Source of the DNA: an uncultured Flavobacteriaceae bacterium
Lineage (GTDB): Bacteria; Bacteroidota; Bacteroidia; Flavobacteriales; Flavobacteriaceae
Assembly: GCA_964487005.1 (NCBI GenBank)
Contig: CAZAPO010000269.1
Span: 5,612-69,611, forward strand
Reading direction: 5' to 3'
DNA: 64,000 nucleotides
In this document: positions 9,849-20,584 of the stretch, piece after piece
Layout: each line of letters opens with the position of its first letter
How positions within the stretch are numbered: the stretch's first letter is position 1
Translations under genes and position numbers: made by a program
Notes under the pieces: model-generated
What the model was told of the DNA's origin: nothing
Seen by the model: the letters and a program-made list of their open reading frames with translations, nothing else
Databases searched by the model: none

Positions 9849-11198
9849 CTATACAATTCCTTGCGCAAGCATTGCATCAGCTACTTTCACAAATCCAGCA
9901 ATATTTGCCCCTTTTACATAATCTATATAGCCATTCTCGTCTTTCCCAAATTCAATACATGCGTCATGAATATTTGACATGATATCCTTTAGTTTCTCAT
10001 CAACCTCTTCTCTTGTCCAATTAAACCTTAATGAGTTTTGAGTCATTTCAAGACCTGATGTGGCAACACCGCCAGCATTTGACGCTTTACCTGGTGCGTA
10101 TAAAATGCGTGCTTCCTGGAATAAATGAACAGCTTCTATAGTAGATGGCATATTTGCACCTTCACTAACAGCAATACATCCATTGTTTATTAGTGTTCTT
10201 GCATGATCTTCATTAAGTTCATTTTGAGTTGCACATGGTAATGCAATATCACAAGCGACTCCCCAAGGTTTCTCACCTGCATGGAATGTAGCCGATGGGT
10301 ATTGTTCTACATATGCACTAATTCTTCCTCGCTTAACATTTTTAAGCTCCATAACAAATGCTAGTTTCTCTTCATCAATGCCATCTGCGTCGTAGATGAA
10401 ACCTGAAGAGTCAGATAGGGTTACAACCTTACCTCCAAGTTGAGTGGCCTTTTCACATGCGAATTGAGCTACATTCCCTGAACCAGAAATTGTAATTGTT
10501 TTACCTTCAAATGAGTCTCCTTTGGTTTCCAGCATTTTTTGCGCAAAATAAACAGTTCCGTAACCTGTTGCTTCTGGTCTGATTAAAGATCCTCCCCAAG
10601 ATTTTCCTTTACCTGTAAGTACTCCCGTGAATTCATTTCTTAATTTTTTATACATCCCAAACAAGAATCCTATTTCACGGCTACCAACACCAATATCTCC
10701 GGCAGGAACATCGGTATTATGACCAATATGACGACTCAATTCACTCATAAAGGCATGACAGAAACGCATAATTTCGTTATCACTCTTTCCTTTAGGATCA
10801 AAATCAGATCCACCTTTTCCTCCTCCCATTGGGAGTGTTGTCAAACTATTTTTGAATACTTGTTCAAACGCTAGGAACTTCAAAATACTTAGATTCACAG
10901 TAGGATGGAAACGTAATCCACCTTTATAAGGACCAATTGCAGAATTCATTTGAACTCTATACCCTCTGTTTACTTGAATCTCGCCGCTGTCATCTACCCA
11001 ACAAACTCTAAAAGAAATCACTCTTTCAGGTTCTACCATTCTAAGCAAAATGTTTTTCCCATGATAAATATCGTTGTTAACGATATATGGAATTACAGTT
11101 TCTGCAACCTCTTCAACAGCTTGCATAAACTCAGGTTCGTTTCCATTTCTTTGTCTAACAAGATCTAAAAACTCTTCTATTTTGGCTTTCATCTCCAT
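9849..11198 (-). CDS. gdhA: NADP-specific glutamate dehydrogenase
   Basis: GPYKGGLRFHP, LPMGGGKGG, DVPAGDIGVG, RPEATGYG, GSGNVA motifs. Confidence 0.97.
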   Translation of the reverse strand: MEMKAKIEEFLDLVRQRNGNEPEFMQAVEEVAETVIPYIVNNDIYHGKNILLRMVEPERVISFRVCWVDDSGEIQVNRGYRVQMNSAIGPYKGGLRFHPTVNLSILKFLAFEQVFKNSLTTLPMGGGKGGSDFDPKGKSDNEIMRFCHAFMSELSRHIGHNTDVPAGDIGVGSREIGFLFGMYKKLRNEFTGVLTGKGKSWGGSLIRPEATGYGTVYFAQKMLETKGDSFEGKTITISGSGNVAQFACEKATQLGGKVVTLSDSSGFIYDADGIDEEKLAFVMELKNVKRGRISAYVEQYPSATFHAGEKPWGVACDIALPCATQNELNEDHARTLINNGCIAVSEGANMPSTIEAVHLFQEARILYAPGKASNAGGVATSGLEMTQNSLRFNWTREEVDEKLKDIMSNIHDACIEFGKDENGYIDYVKGANIAGFVKVADAMLAQGIV

Positions 11199-11238
11199 AA
11201 TTTTGAAGTACTAATAATTTTTTGGTTTATAATGACGA

Positions 11239-11246
11239 CAAATATA
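11239..11246 (-). promoter_or_regulatory. -7 element of gdhA
   Basis: TATATTTG on the minus strand. Confidence 0.55.
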
Positions 11247-11349
11247 CGTTATCTTTAAAAATAACGGTGTTTTTTTTATAAATTCACAATAAGTTTTTAG
11301 TAATGCGAGTTATATTAAAAATTAGGTTGATTAGTACAAATTACTGCGT

Positions 11350-11393
11350 TTGGTCGGATTTATTTGTGGTTTCATCGAAGTTTAATATATTTG
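11350..11393 (+). promoter_or_regulatory. -7 element with upstream 21-bp-spaced repeats
   Basis: TATATTTG at 11386-11393; TTGGTCGG at 11350 and TTCATCGA at 11371. Confidence 0.5.
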
Positions 11394-11426
11394 CTCTATA
11401 ATGCCTTTGATGGCATATCTATTATT

Positions 11427-12212
11427 ATGCTTAACCTTAAACGATTTACCTTACTTTTAAGTTTAATTGCATTCTCACATGTTGGATACGCTCAACTTGG
11501 GTTTTCACATGAGATTGGCGCTATAGTTGGACCTGTTCAATTTAGATCTGATTATGGAGCACGTCTTAGTGAAAAAACAAACTTTGGTAATTCTGGCTAT
11601 GGCATTGGGTTAATTCATTACATAAATTTTGCTTATCGTGCAGATTGTAATTGCTACGCTGCCTATACCTATTTCAATGATCATTTTAAGCTTAGAAACG
11701 AGATTTCATACAATAAAACCAAATTAGAGCACTTAGGGAAATGGGTTGGACCAGATAATACAACCACCAATGCAGATAAATTACGTGCTCATACTGGGTA
11801 TGCTAAAAATCTTGATATTGGAACCCAAATTGAATATTACCCTAGAAGTATTCGTGATTTTCAGGGTTTTGCTTACAGATTTGCACCATTTGTTAGTCTG
11901 GGAGTTCATTATACATACGCTTCTCCAGAAGTAAGTACTACCTATGGTGATGGTGATATTACAGATCCTAACAACTTTTACTCTCATTGGGATCCTGGGT
12001 CAGTTAATGCTCAGGACGTGAATGGATGGTCAATTGTAACAAGTATTGGTACCCGATACAAGTTAAATATCCTATCTGATCTAATGATTGATCTTAGATG
12101 GCAATATTATGGGAGCGATTGGATTGATGGATTAAATCACCAACTAGATTCCAACAAATTTAACGATTGGCTCTTATGGTTAAATGTTGGCTATATTTAT
12201 TACCTAGATTAG
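11427..12212 (+). CDS. THC0290_0291-like outer-membrane beta-barrel protein
   Basis: Start moved to ATG 11427 because a promoter lies inside the TTG extension. Signal peptide then AQLGFSHEIG, C-terminal VGYIYYLD beta signal; divergent from gdhA. Confidence 0.7.
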   Translation: MLNLKRFTLLLSLIAFSHVGYAQLGFSHEIGAIVGPVQFRSDYGARLSEKTNFGNSGYGIGLIHYINFAYRADCNCYAAYTYFNDHFKLRNEISYNKTKLEHLGKWVGPDNTTTNADKLRAHTGYAKNLDIGTQIEYYPRSIRDFQGFAYRFAPFVSLGVHYTYASPEVSTTYGDGDITDPNNFYSHWDPGSVNAQDVNGWSIVTSIGTRYKLNILSDLMIDLRWQYYGSDWIDGLNHQLDSNKFNDWLLWLNVGYIYYLD

Positions 12213-13349
12213 ATCAAGTGCTTGCTGAAGATCAGCAATAAGATCGTCTTTATCTTCAATACCCACACTTAGTCGAATTAATGAATCAACAACACCCGTT
12301 TTTTCTCTTTCTATTTTTGGAATACTAGCATGGGTCATACTTGCTGGATGCCCAGAAAGGGATTCTACTCCGCCTAAGGATTCTGCCAAAGTGAATATTT
12401 TTAAATTTTCAACCAATTTTATGGAAGCTTCAAAGTTATTCCCTTTTGTGGTAAAGGATAACATCCCTCCAAAGTCTTTCATTTGTTCTTTGGCAACCTC
12501 GTGATTGGGGTGATTTTCAAATCCTGGCCAATACACTTTTTCAATTTTTGGATGGTTTTCTAAAAACTCAGCTACTGCACGTCCATTTTCACAATGCCTT
12601 TGCATTCTTACATGGAGGGTTTTAATTCCCCTAAGGACCAGAAAGCTATCTTGTGGTCCACAAACTGCTCCGCTTGCATTTTGTAAAAAGTAAAGCTTTT
12701 CAGCAAGATTTTCATCATTCACTATTAATGCGCCCATAACTACATCACTATGGCCGCCTAAATATTTGGTTGCTGAATGCATTACAATATCGGCTCCAAG
12801 ATCTAAAGGTCTCTGCAAATAAGGTGTTGCAAATGTATTATCTACCGCAAACAAAAGATTATTTGCTTTTGCGATTTTGGCAACTCTCTTGAGATCAATA
12901 ATGTTAAGCATGGGGTTAGTAGGAGTCTCTGTCCAAATAAGTTTTGTTTTACTATTAACCTTTGATTCTATGTTTTCTATTTTGTCCATTCCAACAAAAT
13001 GAAACTTGATCCCATACTTCTCAAACACCTTAGTAAATAATCTATAACTACCGCCATAAAGGTCATTTGTAGAAATGACCTCATCTCCTGGTTCCAAAAG
13101 TTTAATTACGGCATCAATAGAAGCCATTCCAGAGCTAAATGCCAAGCCAAATTTTCCGTTTTCAATACTTGCAAAGGCATTCTCTAGAGCCCTTCGAGTT
13201 GGGTTATGAGTTCTCGAGTATTCAAATCCTTTATGCCCTCCAGGTGTTGATTGAGCATATGTTGATGTTTGATAGATGGGAGGCATAACTGCTCCATATG
13301 CAGGATCATGTTCTTGTCCTCCGTGAATTGCTTTGGTATTAAACTTCAT
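12204..13349 (-). CDS. Cystathionine gamma-synthase/lyase (Cys/Met PLP enzyme)
   Basis: YSRTHNPT, DNTFATP, HSATKYLGGHSD PLP lysine, AESLGGVES. Confidence 0.92.
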   Translation of the reverse strand: MKFNTKAIHGGQEHDPAYGAVMPPIYQTSTYAQSTPGGHKGFEYSRTHNPTRRALENAFASIENGKFGLAFSSGMASIDAVIKLLEPGDEVISTNDLYGGSYRLFTKVFEKYGIKFHFVGMDKIENIESKVNSKTKLIWTETPTNPMLNIIDLKRVAKIAKANNLLFAVDNTFATPYLQRPLDLGADIVMHSATKYLGGHSDVVMGALIVNDENLAEKLYFLQNASGAVCGPQDSFLVLRGIKTLHVRMQRHCENGRAVAEFLENHPKIEKVYWPGFENHPNHEVAKEQMKDFGGMLSFTTKGNNFEASIKLVENLKIFTLAESLGGVESLSGHPASMTHASIPKIEREKTGVVDSLIRLSVGIEDKDDLIADLQQALDLI

Positions 13350-13428
13350 TATTGATTTGTTTGCAACAAATGTATGTTATAATTCGTTGTATTCAAAAGA
13401 ATGCTATATCTTTAAAGTACCCTCTAAA

Positions 13429-14157
13429 ATGCACACATTGAAGGCAAAATTTTTAACTATACTGGTGGGCCTAATTTTTCTTTCTTGCGAAGAAAGAGTC
13501 CCGATTACGTTTTCTGAATCTTCCTTAGAATTCAATAAAAATGCAACTATTGATGTGAATATCCCAAAGGCTGAAGGAAACTTGGTAGTTAGTACTAAAA
13601 TAAACCAAACCATTTCAAACCATCTCGCCAATTCTTTAGTTTTCAGCGAAACAATTTCAGATACTTTGTCACTAGAATCTGCTATTGAAAAGTTTGATGC
13701 CGAATATGCCAAATTTAAATCAGATTTTGAGGAGGCATCGTTAGTTTGGGAAGCTTTATTTGATGGTGAGGTTACCTATCAATCTCCTATGGTGATCACC
13801 ATAGCAATAAATAGTTATTTAAATACTGGAGGTGCGCATGGAAATATGAATATTACCCTCTTCAATTTTGATGCCCTTACTGGTAATCTTTTAAAAAATG
13901 AAGACCTCATTTTAGATGTAGTTTCATTTACAGATGTTGCAAAAAAACATTTTAGAACAAGTACCAAAACTGAAGAAGATGAAGGTTTTGGTGATTATTT
14001 CTTTGGTGAAGAATTTCATTTACCAGCAAACATTGGCTATAATGACGAAGGTGTACTTCTTTTCTATAATGTTTATGAAATTGCGTCTTATGCTGTGGGT
14101 ATCACTGAGTTTACTATCCCGTTTGAAGAAGTAGAAGATTATCTATCTATTTTCTAA
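13429..14157 (+). CDS. DUF3298/DUF4163 lipoprotein
   Basis: Lipobox IFLSC after ATG 13429; YLNTGGAHG and [10 protein letters not shown] motifs. Confidence 0.8.
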   Translation: MHTLKAKFLTILVGLIFLSCEERVPITFSESSLEFNKNATIDVNIPKAEGNLVVSTKINQTISNHLANSLVFSETISDTLSLESAIEKFDAEYAKFKSDFEEASLVWEALFDGEVTYQSPMVITIAINSYLNTGGAHGNMNITLFNFDALTGNLLKNEDLILDVVSFTDVAKKHFRTSTKTEEDEGFGDYFFGEEFHLPANIGYNDEGVLLFYNVYEIASYAVGITEFTIPFEEVEDYLSIF

Positions 14158-15401
14158 GACTTCTTTTTAGTTAGTCGTTTAACAATGGGCTCAACGGTTA
14201 ATCCTTGTCCTATAATTGAAAAAGCAACAATGATATAGGTGATTACTAAAAATAATTCTTTATGCATTTCACTCGTTAAACTCAAAGCCAAGGCAATAGA
14301 TATTCCCCCTCTAAGTCCTCCCCAGGTCATAATAATGTTTGTATTAGGAACGAATTCTAGTTTTTTGTCAAAGAACTTAATTGGCCCCCAAAGTGATACA
14401 AATCTTGAAAGCAACACAATTGGAATCCCTACTAAACCAGCAAGAATATAACTGCCTTCTAATGTTAGCACAAGTATTTCCATTCCAATCAATACAAATA
14501 AGATTCCATTCAAAAACACATCAATTAACTCCCAAAACTTATCGACATAATTTTCTGTAATCGCAGACATAGCTGTATTTCTAACCGTATCATTACCAAC
14601 AATTAACCCCGCTGTTACCATTGCCAATGGTGCAGACATATGCAACTTGTGGGCTAAGAGCGTTCCTCCCATAACCGCAGCAATAGTAATAACAACTTCA
14701 ATTTCGTAATCGTCTATTGATCGCATCATTCGATAAGCAATCCATCCTAAAATAATTCCTAATGCAACCCCTCCTAGTACCTCAACAACAAATAGCTTAA
14801 CAATTTCAAAAACTTCAACACTTCCTGATGACGATGAAGCAATATTAAATATGGTTAAAAAAACAACGACACCTACTCCATCATTAAAAAGTGATTCTCC
14901 AACAATTTTAGTTTCAAGTTTTTTGGGTGCACCTGCCTTTTTTAATATTCCTAAAACAGCAATAGGGTCGGTTGGTGAAATTAATGCCCCAAATAATAAA
15001 CAATAAATAAATGCTACCTCTAATCCAATAAGTTGAAGTACATAAAACATAAGGGTCCCAACTAAAAAAGTTGACATTAACACTCCTGCCGTAGCAAAAA
15101 TAAAAACGGGCCAGCGCTGCACTTTTAGTTGTGCAAAATTGGTATGCAAAGCTCCAGCAAAAAGCAAAAAGCTCAGCATTATGTCCAATAAAACGGTCTT
15201 AAAATCTATTTGAGCAATTAACTCTTTTTCCCGTGTTAATAAGGTATCATCAAATTGGCCTATGCCAACTACTACAATAGTAAATACCATAGTGATTATC
15301 ATAAGACCAATAGTAATGGGTAGTTTTAAAAACCTAACATTTATATACCCAAAAACTGCTGAAAGCACTGTTAAAATTGCTGCAACCGAAAAATAATCCA
15401 T
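14154..15401 (-). CDS. CPA1 family Na+/H+ antiporter (NhaP-like)
   Basis: Multi-TM protein with [17 protein letters not shown] and WGGLRGG. Confidence 0.92.
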   Translation of the reverse strand: MDYFSVAAILTVLSAVFGYINVRFLKLPITIGLMIITMVFTIVVVGIGQFDDTLLTREKELIAQIDFKTVLLDIMLSFLLFAGALHTNFAQLKVQRWPVFIFATAGVLMSTFLVGTLMFYVLQLIGLEVAFIYCLLFGALISPTDPIAVLGILKKAGAPKKLETKIVGESLFNDGVGVVVFLTIFNIASSSSGSVEVFEIVKLFVVEVLGGVALGIILGWIAYRMMRSIDDYEIEVVITIAAVMGGTLLAHKLHMSAPLAMVTAGLIVGNDTVRNTAMSAITENYVDKFWELIDVFLNGILFVLIGMEILVLTLEGSYILAGLVGIPIVLLSRFVSLWGPIKFFDKKLEFVPNTNIIMTWGGLRGGISIALALSLTSEMHKELFLVITYIIVAFSIIGQGLTVEPIVKRLTKKKS

Positions 15402-15407
15402 ACGTCT

Positions 15408-15863
15408 TTATAATACTCTTTTTAAAGCTAATACATACCCTAAATGTATGCCCTCATGAAAAAGGTTGAAGTTAATGGCCTCTTCTACATTGTTAATTGT
15501 GGTGTTAGTAGATGTTGTATACGGCGAATAATCTTTAAAGACACCTTTCTCATAGTCATCAACCAGTCTTTCATAAGTGGAAAACAATAGTGTTTTTAAT
15601 TCGTCAACCTGCTCTTGCGTAGCATTAGATTCTGGGCTCGTCCCTTTTCGATACTTCGATACCAAATTATCACTTACAATCATAGGCAGCCCAGAAAGGT
15701 TATACACAAGTAGTTCTTGAGTTACAACAACATGGGCAATATTCCAAAAAATATTATTATTGAAGCCCTCCGGGATTTTGTTTAAATACTCCAATGGTGC
15801 TTCTTTTAAAAACGTATATAATATTTTTCTGTTTTTGTGAATAATTTCAAATGCAAAATTCAT
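15408..15863 (-). CDS. DinB/YfiT family metalloprotein
   Basis: NNIFWNIAH and FHEGIHLG histidine triad. Confidence 0.85.
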   Translation of the reverse strand: MNFAFEIIHKNRKILYTFLKEAPLEYLNKIPEGFNNNIFWNIAHVVVTQELLVYNLSGLPMIVSDNLVSKYRKGTSPESNATQEQVDELKTLLFSTYERLVDDYEKGVFKDYSPYTTSTNTTINNVEEAINFNLFHEGIHLGYVLALKRVL

Positions 15864-15931
15864 ATTCTGGTCAATAAAAAATGTGTATTCAATCTAATTG
15901 ATTTTCTTTGTAAAGTTAATCTTTGTTTACA

Positions 15932-16300
15932 ATGAAAAAAATATACTATTTAAAAACTTGTAATACCTGTATGCGTATTATCAAGGAATTGAATTTGACT
16001 TCAGATTTTATTTTTCAAGATATTAAGGAAAAGCAAGTGACGGTAGATCAACTGGAAGAAATGCATGAGCTTTCTGGTAGTTATGAGGCTTTATTTAGTA
16101 AGCGCGCAAAGCTATATAAAGAAATGGATCTAAAAAATCAATCTTTAAATGAACGAGATTACAAACACTATATTTTAGAACATTATACCTTTTTAAAACG
16201 TCCGGTACTTATTATAGATCAGTCAATATTCATTGGTAATTCTCCAAAAAATATCGCTCATGCTAAAATATTTTTAGACTCGATAAATTTGACCAACTAA
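15932..16300 (+). CDS. ArsC/Spx-like thioredoxin-fold protein
   Basis: YYLKTCNTC CxxC motif and FLKRPV. Confidence 0.8.
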   Translation: MKKIYYLKTCNTCMRIIKELNLTSDFIFQDIKEKQVTVDQLEEMHELSGSYEALFSKRAKLYKEMDLKNQSLNERDYKHYILEHYTFLKRPVLIIDQSIFIGNSPKNIAHAKIFLDSINLTN

Positions 16301-16324
16301 GAATAAATCTCGATTAACAGAGAA

Positions 16325-17476
16325 ATGCCACAACTACAAACAGTCACTTATAATAGCATCAATGATATTTCTTTAGAAGTATGGACACAATTAAATACCT
16401 CTAGTAATATCTATTTTAGTCCGTCCTTTTTAAAGGCTTTTGAAGTTTCTAACCCTCGCATAGATTACAAGTATATTATTATTTTGGATCAAGGTGAGGC
16501 TGTCGCATTAGCGCTAGTTCAAACCATTGAACTCAATATTGATGTTATTCTTAAAAATATCAAAATTGCCAACTGGCTTAGAAAAATTATCAACTATTTC
16601 TTCTGTAACAGTATTATTAAGATCATGTTTCACGGGAATATCTTTTTAAGTGGTGAATACGGGTTGCTGATCAATGATAAAATCAATAAAAAAGAAGTTG
16701 TTGGAGAAATTGCAAAAGAAATAAACAACATTGCCAAAAACACCAAACATTTACATGCCATATTTGTAAAAGACTTCTTGAAAGAATCTCTTCCAATAAC
16801 TAACCATTTTAAAAACTACGGATTTACATCAATGCATGTTGAACCTAACTTAATTCTAGAGCTTAACTCCAGTTGGAATTCATATGATGATTATAAGGCG
16901 GCCCTTAAATCAAAGTACAGGGTGAAGGTAAACAAAGCTGATAGTACAAGTAGTGGATTAATAGCACGTCTCTTTAACGAAGCTGATTTTGCCACCTACA
17001 AAGATCAGTTGCAGCAACTCTATGAAAATACTATTGCAAACGCAAACTTTAATGCGCAAGTATTAAACTTGAATACCTATATTCATCTGCGTAAATTATA
17101 TCAAGACGATTTCATTGTAAAAGCATACTTTAAAGAAGAAAAATTAGTTGGTTTTCTATCTGCACTCGTTAATAATAATCAATTAGTAGCGCATTTTATT
17201 GGGCTTGATTATGAGCTTAATAAATCACAAGCCATTTATCCTAGAATTTTAAACGATTATGTAAGGATAGGAATTGAAAAACAAGTTTCACATATTAATT
17301 TTGGACGTACCGCTTCCGAGATTAAAACTACAATCGGAGCTAAGCCAGTAAACCTTACATGCTACATTAAACATAAACGCCCTATTATTAATACAATTGT
17401 ACGCTATTTTAGTAAGCGTGTGCAGCTCAAAGAATTTAATGAGCATCAACCTTTTAAAAAAGAAAAAGAGGCCTAA
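16325..17476 (+). CDS. GNAT/FemAB-like acyltransferase
   Basis: W.S..DY...LKSKYR, AHFIGLDY, INFGRTA..K...GA motifs. Confidence 0.7.
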   Translation: MPQLQTVTYNSINDISLEVWTQLNTSSNIYFSPSFLKAFEVSNPRIDYKYIIILDQGEAVALALVQTIELNIDVILKNIKIANWLRKIINYFFCNSIIKIMFHGNIFLSGEYGLLINDKINKKEVVGEIAKEINNIAKNTKHLHAIFVKDFLKESLPITNHFKNYGFTSMHVEPNLILELNSSWNSYDDYKAALKSKYRVKVNKADSTSSGLIARLFNEADFATYKDQLQQLYENTIANANFNAQVLNLNTYIHLRKLYQDDFIVKAYFKEEKLVGFLSALVNNNQLVAHFIGLDYELNKSQAIYPRILNDYVRIGIEKQVSHINFGRTASEIKTTIGAKPVNLTCYIKHKRPIINTIVRYFSKRVQLKEFNEHQPFKKEKEA

Positions 17477-17487
17477 TAGCCTCTTTT
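17464..17487. terminator. Bidirectional terminator
   Basis: AAAAGAGGC/GCCTCTTTT stem between convergent genes. Confidence 0.75.
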
Positions 17488-17508
17488 ATTATATGGTCTT
17501 TCTTTATT

Positions 17509-17949
17509 CTATGGCCAAGCATTAATTATCCCACCCATTAAAGCCATTGTTACTACCCAATAACCAACATTAATCAAGACATACTTAGCTGATTTCATTT
17601 CAAACAAAGCATTTGTTGCAAATACTGGTAGTACAATAAATAAGGCCAACATAGATCCATGTAAGGCGCCATGTTTAAAAGTCATAAATTGTGCTGTTCC
17701 ATGTGGTTCATCTGGTGCTCCACCCATCATGACCATGGGCCAAATCATAAAGGCAATTAAAAACGCAAAAACAACAGCTAATCCATACGTTTTGCCTGGA
17801 TTCATGCTTTTTGCTTTTTCTTCTGTCATTCCTGTTTCCTTCATCCAAGCAGTTCCAAATACTTTAGGGTTATACCAGATAAATCCAGTAACTAAAGGTA
17901 AGATCGAGGCTACAACTAAGGCTAGCCAATTAATGTCCATTCCTTCCAT
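17509..17949 (-). CDS. DUF1761 membrane protein
   Basis: INWLA...GFIWY.P..FG.AW and FKHGALHG; about 4 TM helices. Confidence 0.8.
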   Translation of the reverse strand: MEGMDINWLALVVASILPLVTGFIWYNPKVFGTAWMKETGMTEEKAKSMNPGKTYGLAVVFAFLIAFMIWPMVMMGGAPDEPHGTAQFMTFKHGALHGSMLALFIVLPVFATNALFEMKSAKYVLINVGYWVVTMALMGGIINAWP

Positions 17950-18012
17950 AATTATGTTATTTAGTTTAGTTAATGAGGTATTAAGGTACTAAATAATTTT
18001 TTATACTTATTT

Positions 18013-18489
18013 CTAAATTAGGTCTTTAGGTTTCTTAACATGAACTAGTGTATCTTCTTTAGATAGTATTTTAAAATCTTCTGATTTAGGGCAAGACGTT
18101 ATTTTTTTGTTGAATAATTGAGGTAATTCACCAAGTTTTCTAGTACTTAATTTTATAAATGAAAATAGTATTTCTGCGTGTGCTAGATGTCTTCCTTTAA
18201 AATCATAAAAATTATGATAGAACTTTATAAAACGTGCATCTTGTGTATGGCCTGCTAGTTCTAAACTTACTTTTAGGGATCCCCCGAGAAGAATTTCTTT
18301 AAAATAATGGATATGCTCATAAAGGACAATTGGTCCAAGATCCATCTTTTCTAATTCATGAATTCCCATTCCCAATTCTGTTAGAAAAGACATACGCGTA
18401 TGACTCATATACTCAATGTAAGTTGAATTGCCCAAATGTTTGTTAGCATCGAGGTCGTTCCATCGAACTTCAAATTCTTTGAAATACAT
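18013..18489 (-). CDS. Acyl-CoA thioesterase (hotdog fold)
   Basis: VRWNDLDANKHLGNSTY 4HBT-type motif. Confidence 0.85.
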   Translation of the reverse strand: MYFKEFEVRWNDLDANKHLGNSTYIEYMSHTRMSFLTELGMGIHELEKMDLGPIVLYEHIHYFKEILLGGSLKVSLELAGHTQDARFIKFYHNFYDFKGRHLAHAEILFSFIKLSTRKLGELPQLFNKKITSCPKSEDFKILSKEDTLVHVKKPKDLI

Positions 18490-18533
18490 AAATAACTATT
18501 TGAGGTAAAGTTAAACTTAATTGCCTATTTAAT

Positions 18534-18541
18534 TATCTTTG
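18534..18541 (+). promoter_or_regulatory. -7 element of yicC-gmk-nadD
   Basis: TATCTTTG. Confidence 0.55.
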
Positions 18542-18562
18542 TGCAACTTTTAATATAGACAT

Positions 18563-19420
18563 ATGATACACTCGATGACAGGCTATGGCAAAACTGTATT
18601 ACAGTTTCCAACGAAGAAAATTTCATTAGAAATTAAATCTTTAAATAGTAAAAACCTTGATTTGAACACAAGAATGCCGTCGGTTTATCGCGAAAAAGAG
18701 TTACATATACGAAAGCTTATCGCCAACAAACTAGTAAGAGGTAAAGTTGATTTTTCATTATACCTTGAAATTACTGGGGAAGAAACTTCCACCCAAGTTA
18801 ATAAGCCAGTTGTAAAAAAATATATTGAACAATTAAAGGATGTTGTTAACGGTGATGAAACTGAATTACTGAAAATGGCCGTTAGAATGCCTGATGCTTT
18901 AAACACTGAACGTGATGAGATTGATGCCGATGAATGGAAGGTAATTGAAAATGGCATCAATGATACTCTTGAAAAAATTAGCAGCTATCGCATTGAAGAA
19001 GGGAGCGCTCTTGAAAATGATTTTAAAGTTCGAATTAATAACATCGCTACCCTATTAGAAGAGGTAATACAGATGGATCCAGAACGTATTTTAAACGTTA
19101 GAGAACGTCTTAATCGTGGAATTGCTGAATTAAAAGAAAAGGTTGATGAAAATAGGTTTGAACAAGAACTTGTTTATTACATTGAAAAGTTTGACATAAC
19201 TGAAGAAAAAGTACGCTTACACAATCATCTTGAATACTTCGTTAAATCACTAGATTCTAATGATTCTAATGGTAAAAAACTAGGTTTTATTGGTCAGGAA
19301 ATAGGAAGAGAAATAAATACAATAGGCTCAAAGGCCAACTTTGCACCAATGCAAAAACTAGTAGTACAAATGAAAGACGAACTTGAAAAAATTAAAGAAC
19401 AATTATTAAACGTTCTGTAA
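18563..19420 (+). CDS. yicC: YicC/YloC endoribonuclease
   Basis: SMTGYG N-terminus, DITEEKVRL, QEIGREINTIGSK. Confidence 0.92.
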   Translation: MIHSMTGYGKTVLQFPTKKISLEIKSLNSKNLDLNTRMPSVYREKELHIRKLIANKLVRGKVDFSLYLEITGEETSTQVNKPVVKKYIEQLKDVVNGDETELLKMAVRMPDALNTERDEIDADEWKVIENGINDTLEKISSYRIEEGSALENDFKVRINNIATLLEEVIQMDPERILNVRERLNRGIAELKEKVDENRFEQELVYYIEKFDITEEKVRLHNHLEYFVKSLDSNDSNGKKLGFIGQEIGREINTIGSKANFAPMQKLVVQMKDELEKIKEQLLNVL

Positions 19421-19422
19421 GC

Positions 19423-20001
19423 ATGATGAAGGGTAAACTAATAGTTTTTTCGGCACCTTCTGGTTCGGGTAAAACAACAATTGTAAGACATTTACTTAAT
19501 CAAAACGAACTAAATTTAGAATTCTCAATATCTGCCACCTCAAGAGAACGTAGAGGTGATGAAATTGACGGTAAAGATTATTACTATATGTCTGCCAAAG
19601 AGTTCAAAAATAAAATCAAAAATGAAGAGTTTTTAGAATGGGAAGAAGTATATCGCGATAACTTCTATGGCACTTTAAAAACTGAAGTTGAGAGAATTTG
19701 GGCAGAGGGCAAGCATGTGATTTTTGATATAGATGTTTCTGGTGGTTTGAGAATTAAAAGAAAATTCCCAGAACAAACCTTAGCCGTTTTTGTAAAACCA
19801 CCAAGTATTGATGAACTTAAAATTAGACTTAAAAAACGTAAGACAGAAAGTGAAGATAAAATAAATATGCGTGTTGCAAAGGCCTCTGCCGAACTTGCAA
19901 CCGCTCCTTTATTTGATGTTGTTATTAAAAATCACGAACTAGATCAGGCCTTAAAAGAGGCCTATACATTGGTAGATAATTTTGTGAATCAAGAAGTTTA
20001 A
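19423..20001 (+). CDS. gmk: Guanylate kinase
   Basis: APSGSGKTT P-loop, SATSR..R..E.DG.DY. Confidence 0.95.
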   Translation: MMKGKLIVFSAPSGSGKTTIVRHLLNQNELNLEFSISATSRERRGDEIDGKDYYYMSAKEFKNKIKNEEFLEWEEVYRDNFYGTLKTEVERIWAEGKHVIFDIDVSGGLRIKRKFPEQTLAVFVKPPSIDELKIRLKKRKTESEDKINMRVAKASAELATAPLFDVVIKNHELDQALKEAYTLVDNFVNQEV

Positions 20002-20005
20002 ATTG

Positions 20006-20584
20006 ATGAAAGTAGGATTGTTTTTTGGCACATTTAATCCAATTCATGTTGGTCATTTAACCATAGCAAATCATCTTGCCGAACATAGTGATTTAGATCA
20101 AGTTTGGTTTGTAGTAACTCCTCATAGCCCTTTTAAAAAGAAAAACTCATTGCTAGATGATCATCAACGGTTAGAAATGGTATATCAAGCTACTAAGGAC
20201 TTTGATAAACTAAAAGAAAGCAATATTGAGTTTGGCTTGCCGCAGCCAAACTATACAGTTAATACGCTAGCACATTTAGAAGAAAAATATCCAGATCACG
20301 AATTTGCTTTAATTATGGGTGAAGATAACCTCAAGAGTTTTCATAAATGGAAAAATTTTGAAGTGATACTTTCTTACCATAAAATTTATGTTTATCCAAG
20401 AATCTCTGAAGGAATCATTGAATCAAAATTTGAAGATCATCCAAGTATTGTAAGAGTTGACGCGCCAATAATGGAGTTGTCCTCGACATTTATTAGAAAA
20501 TCAATTAAAGCTGGTAAAAATGTTCGTCCGATGCTTCCTGAAGCTGTTTGGACCTATTTAGATGAAATGAACTTTTATAAATAA
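20006..20584 (+). CDS. nadD: Nicotinate-nucleotide adenylyltransferase
   Basis: GTFNPIHVGH, LIMGEDN, LSSTFIR. Confidence 0.95.
   Translation: MKVGLFFGTFNPIHVGHLTIANHLAEHSDLDQVWFVVTPHSPFKKKNSLLDDHQRLEMVYQATKDFDKLKESNIEFGLPQPNYTVNTLAHLEEKYPDHEFALIMGEDNLKSFHKWKNFEVILSYHKIYVYPRISEGIIESKFEDHPSIVRVDAPIMELSSTFIRKSIKAGKNVRPMLPEAVWTYLDEMNFYK

Noticed and set aside
11364-11426. TTG-start extensions in the ORF track (also at 13333, 15923, 20003, 53370)
   Set aside because: Downstream ATGs fit promoters, signal peptides or family N-termini better
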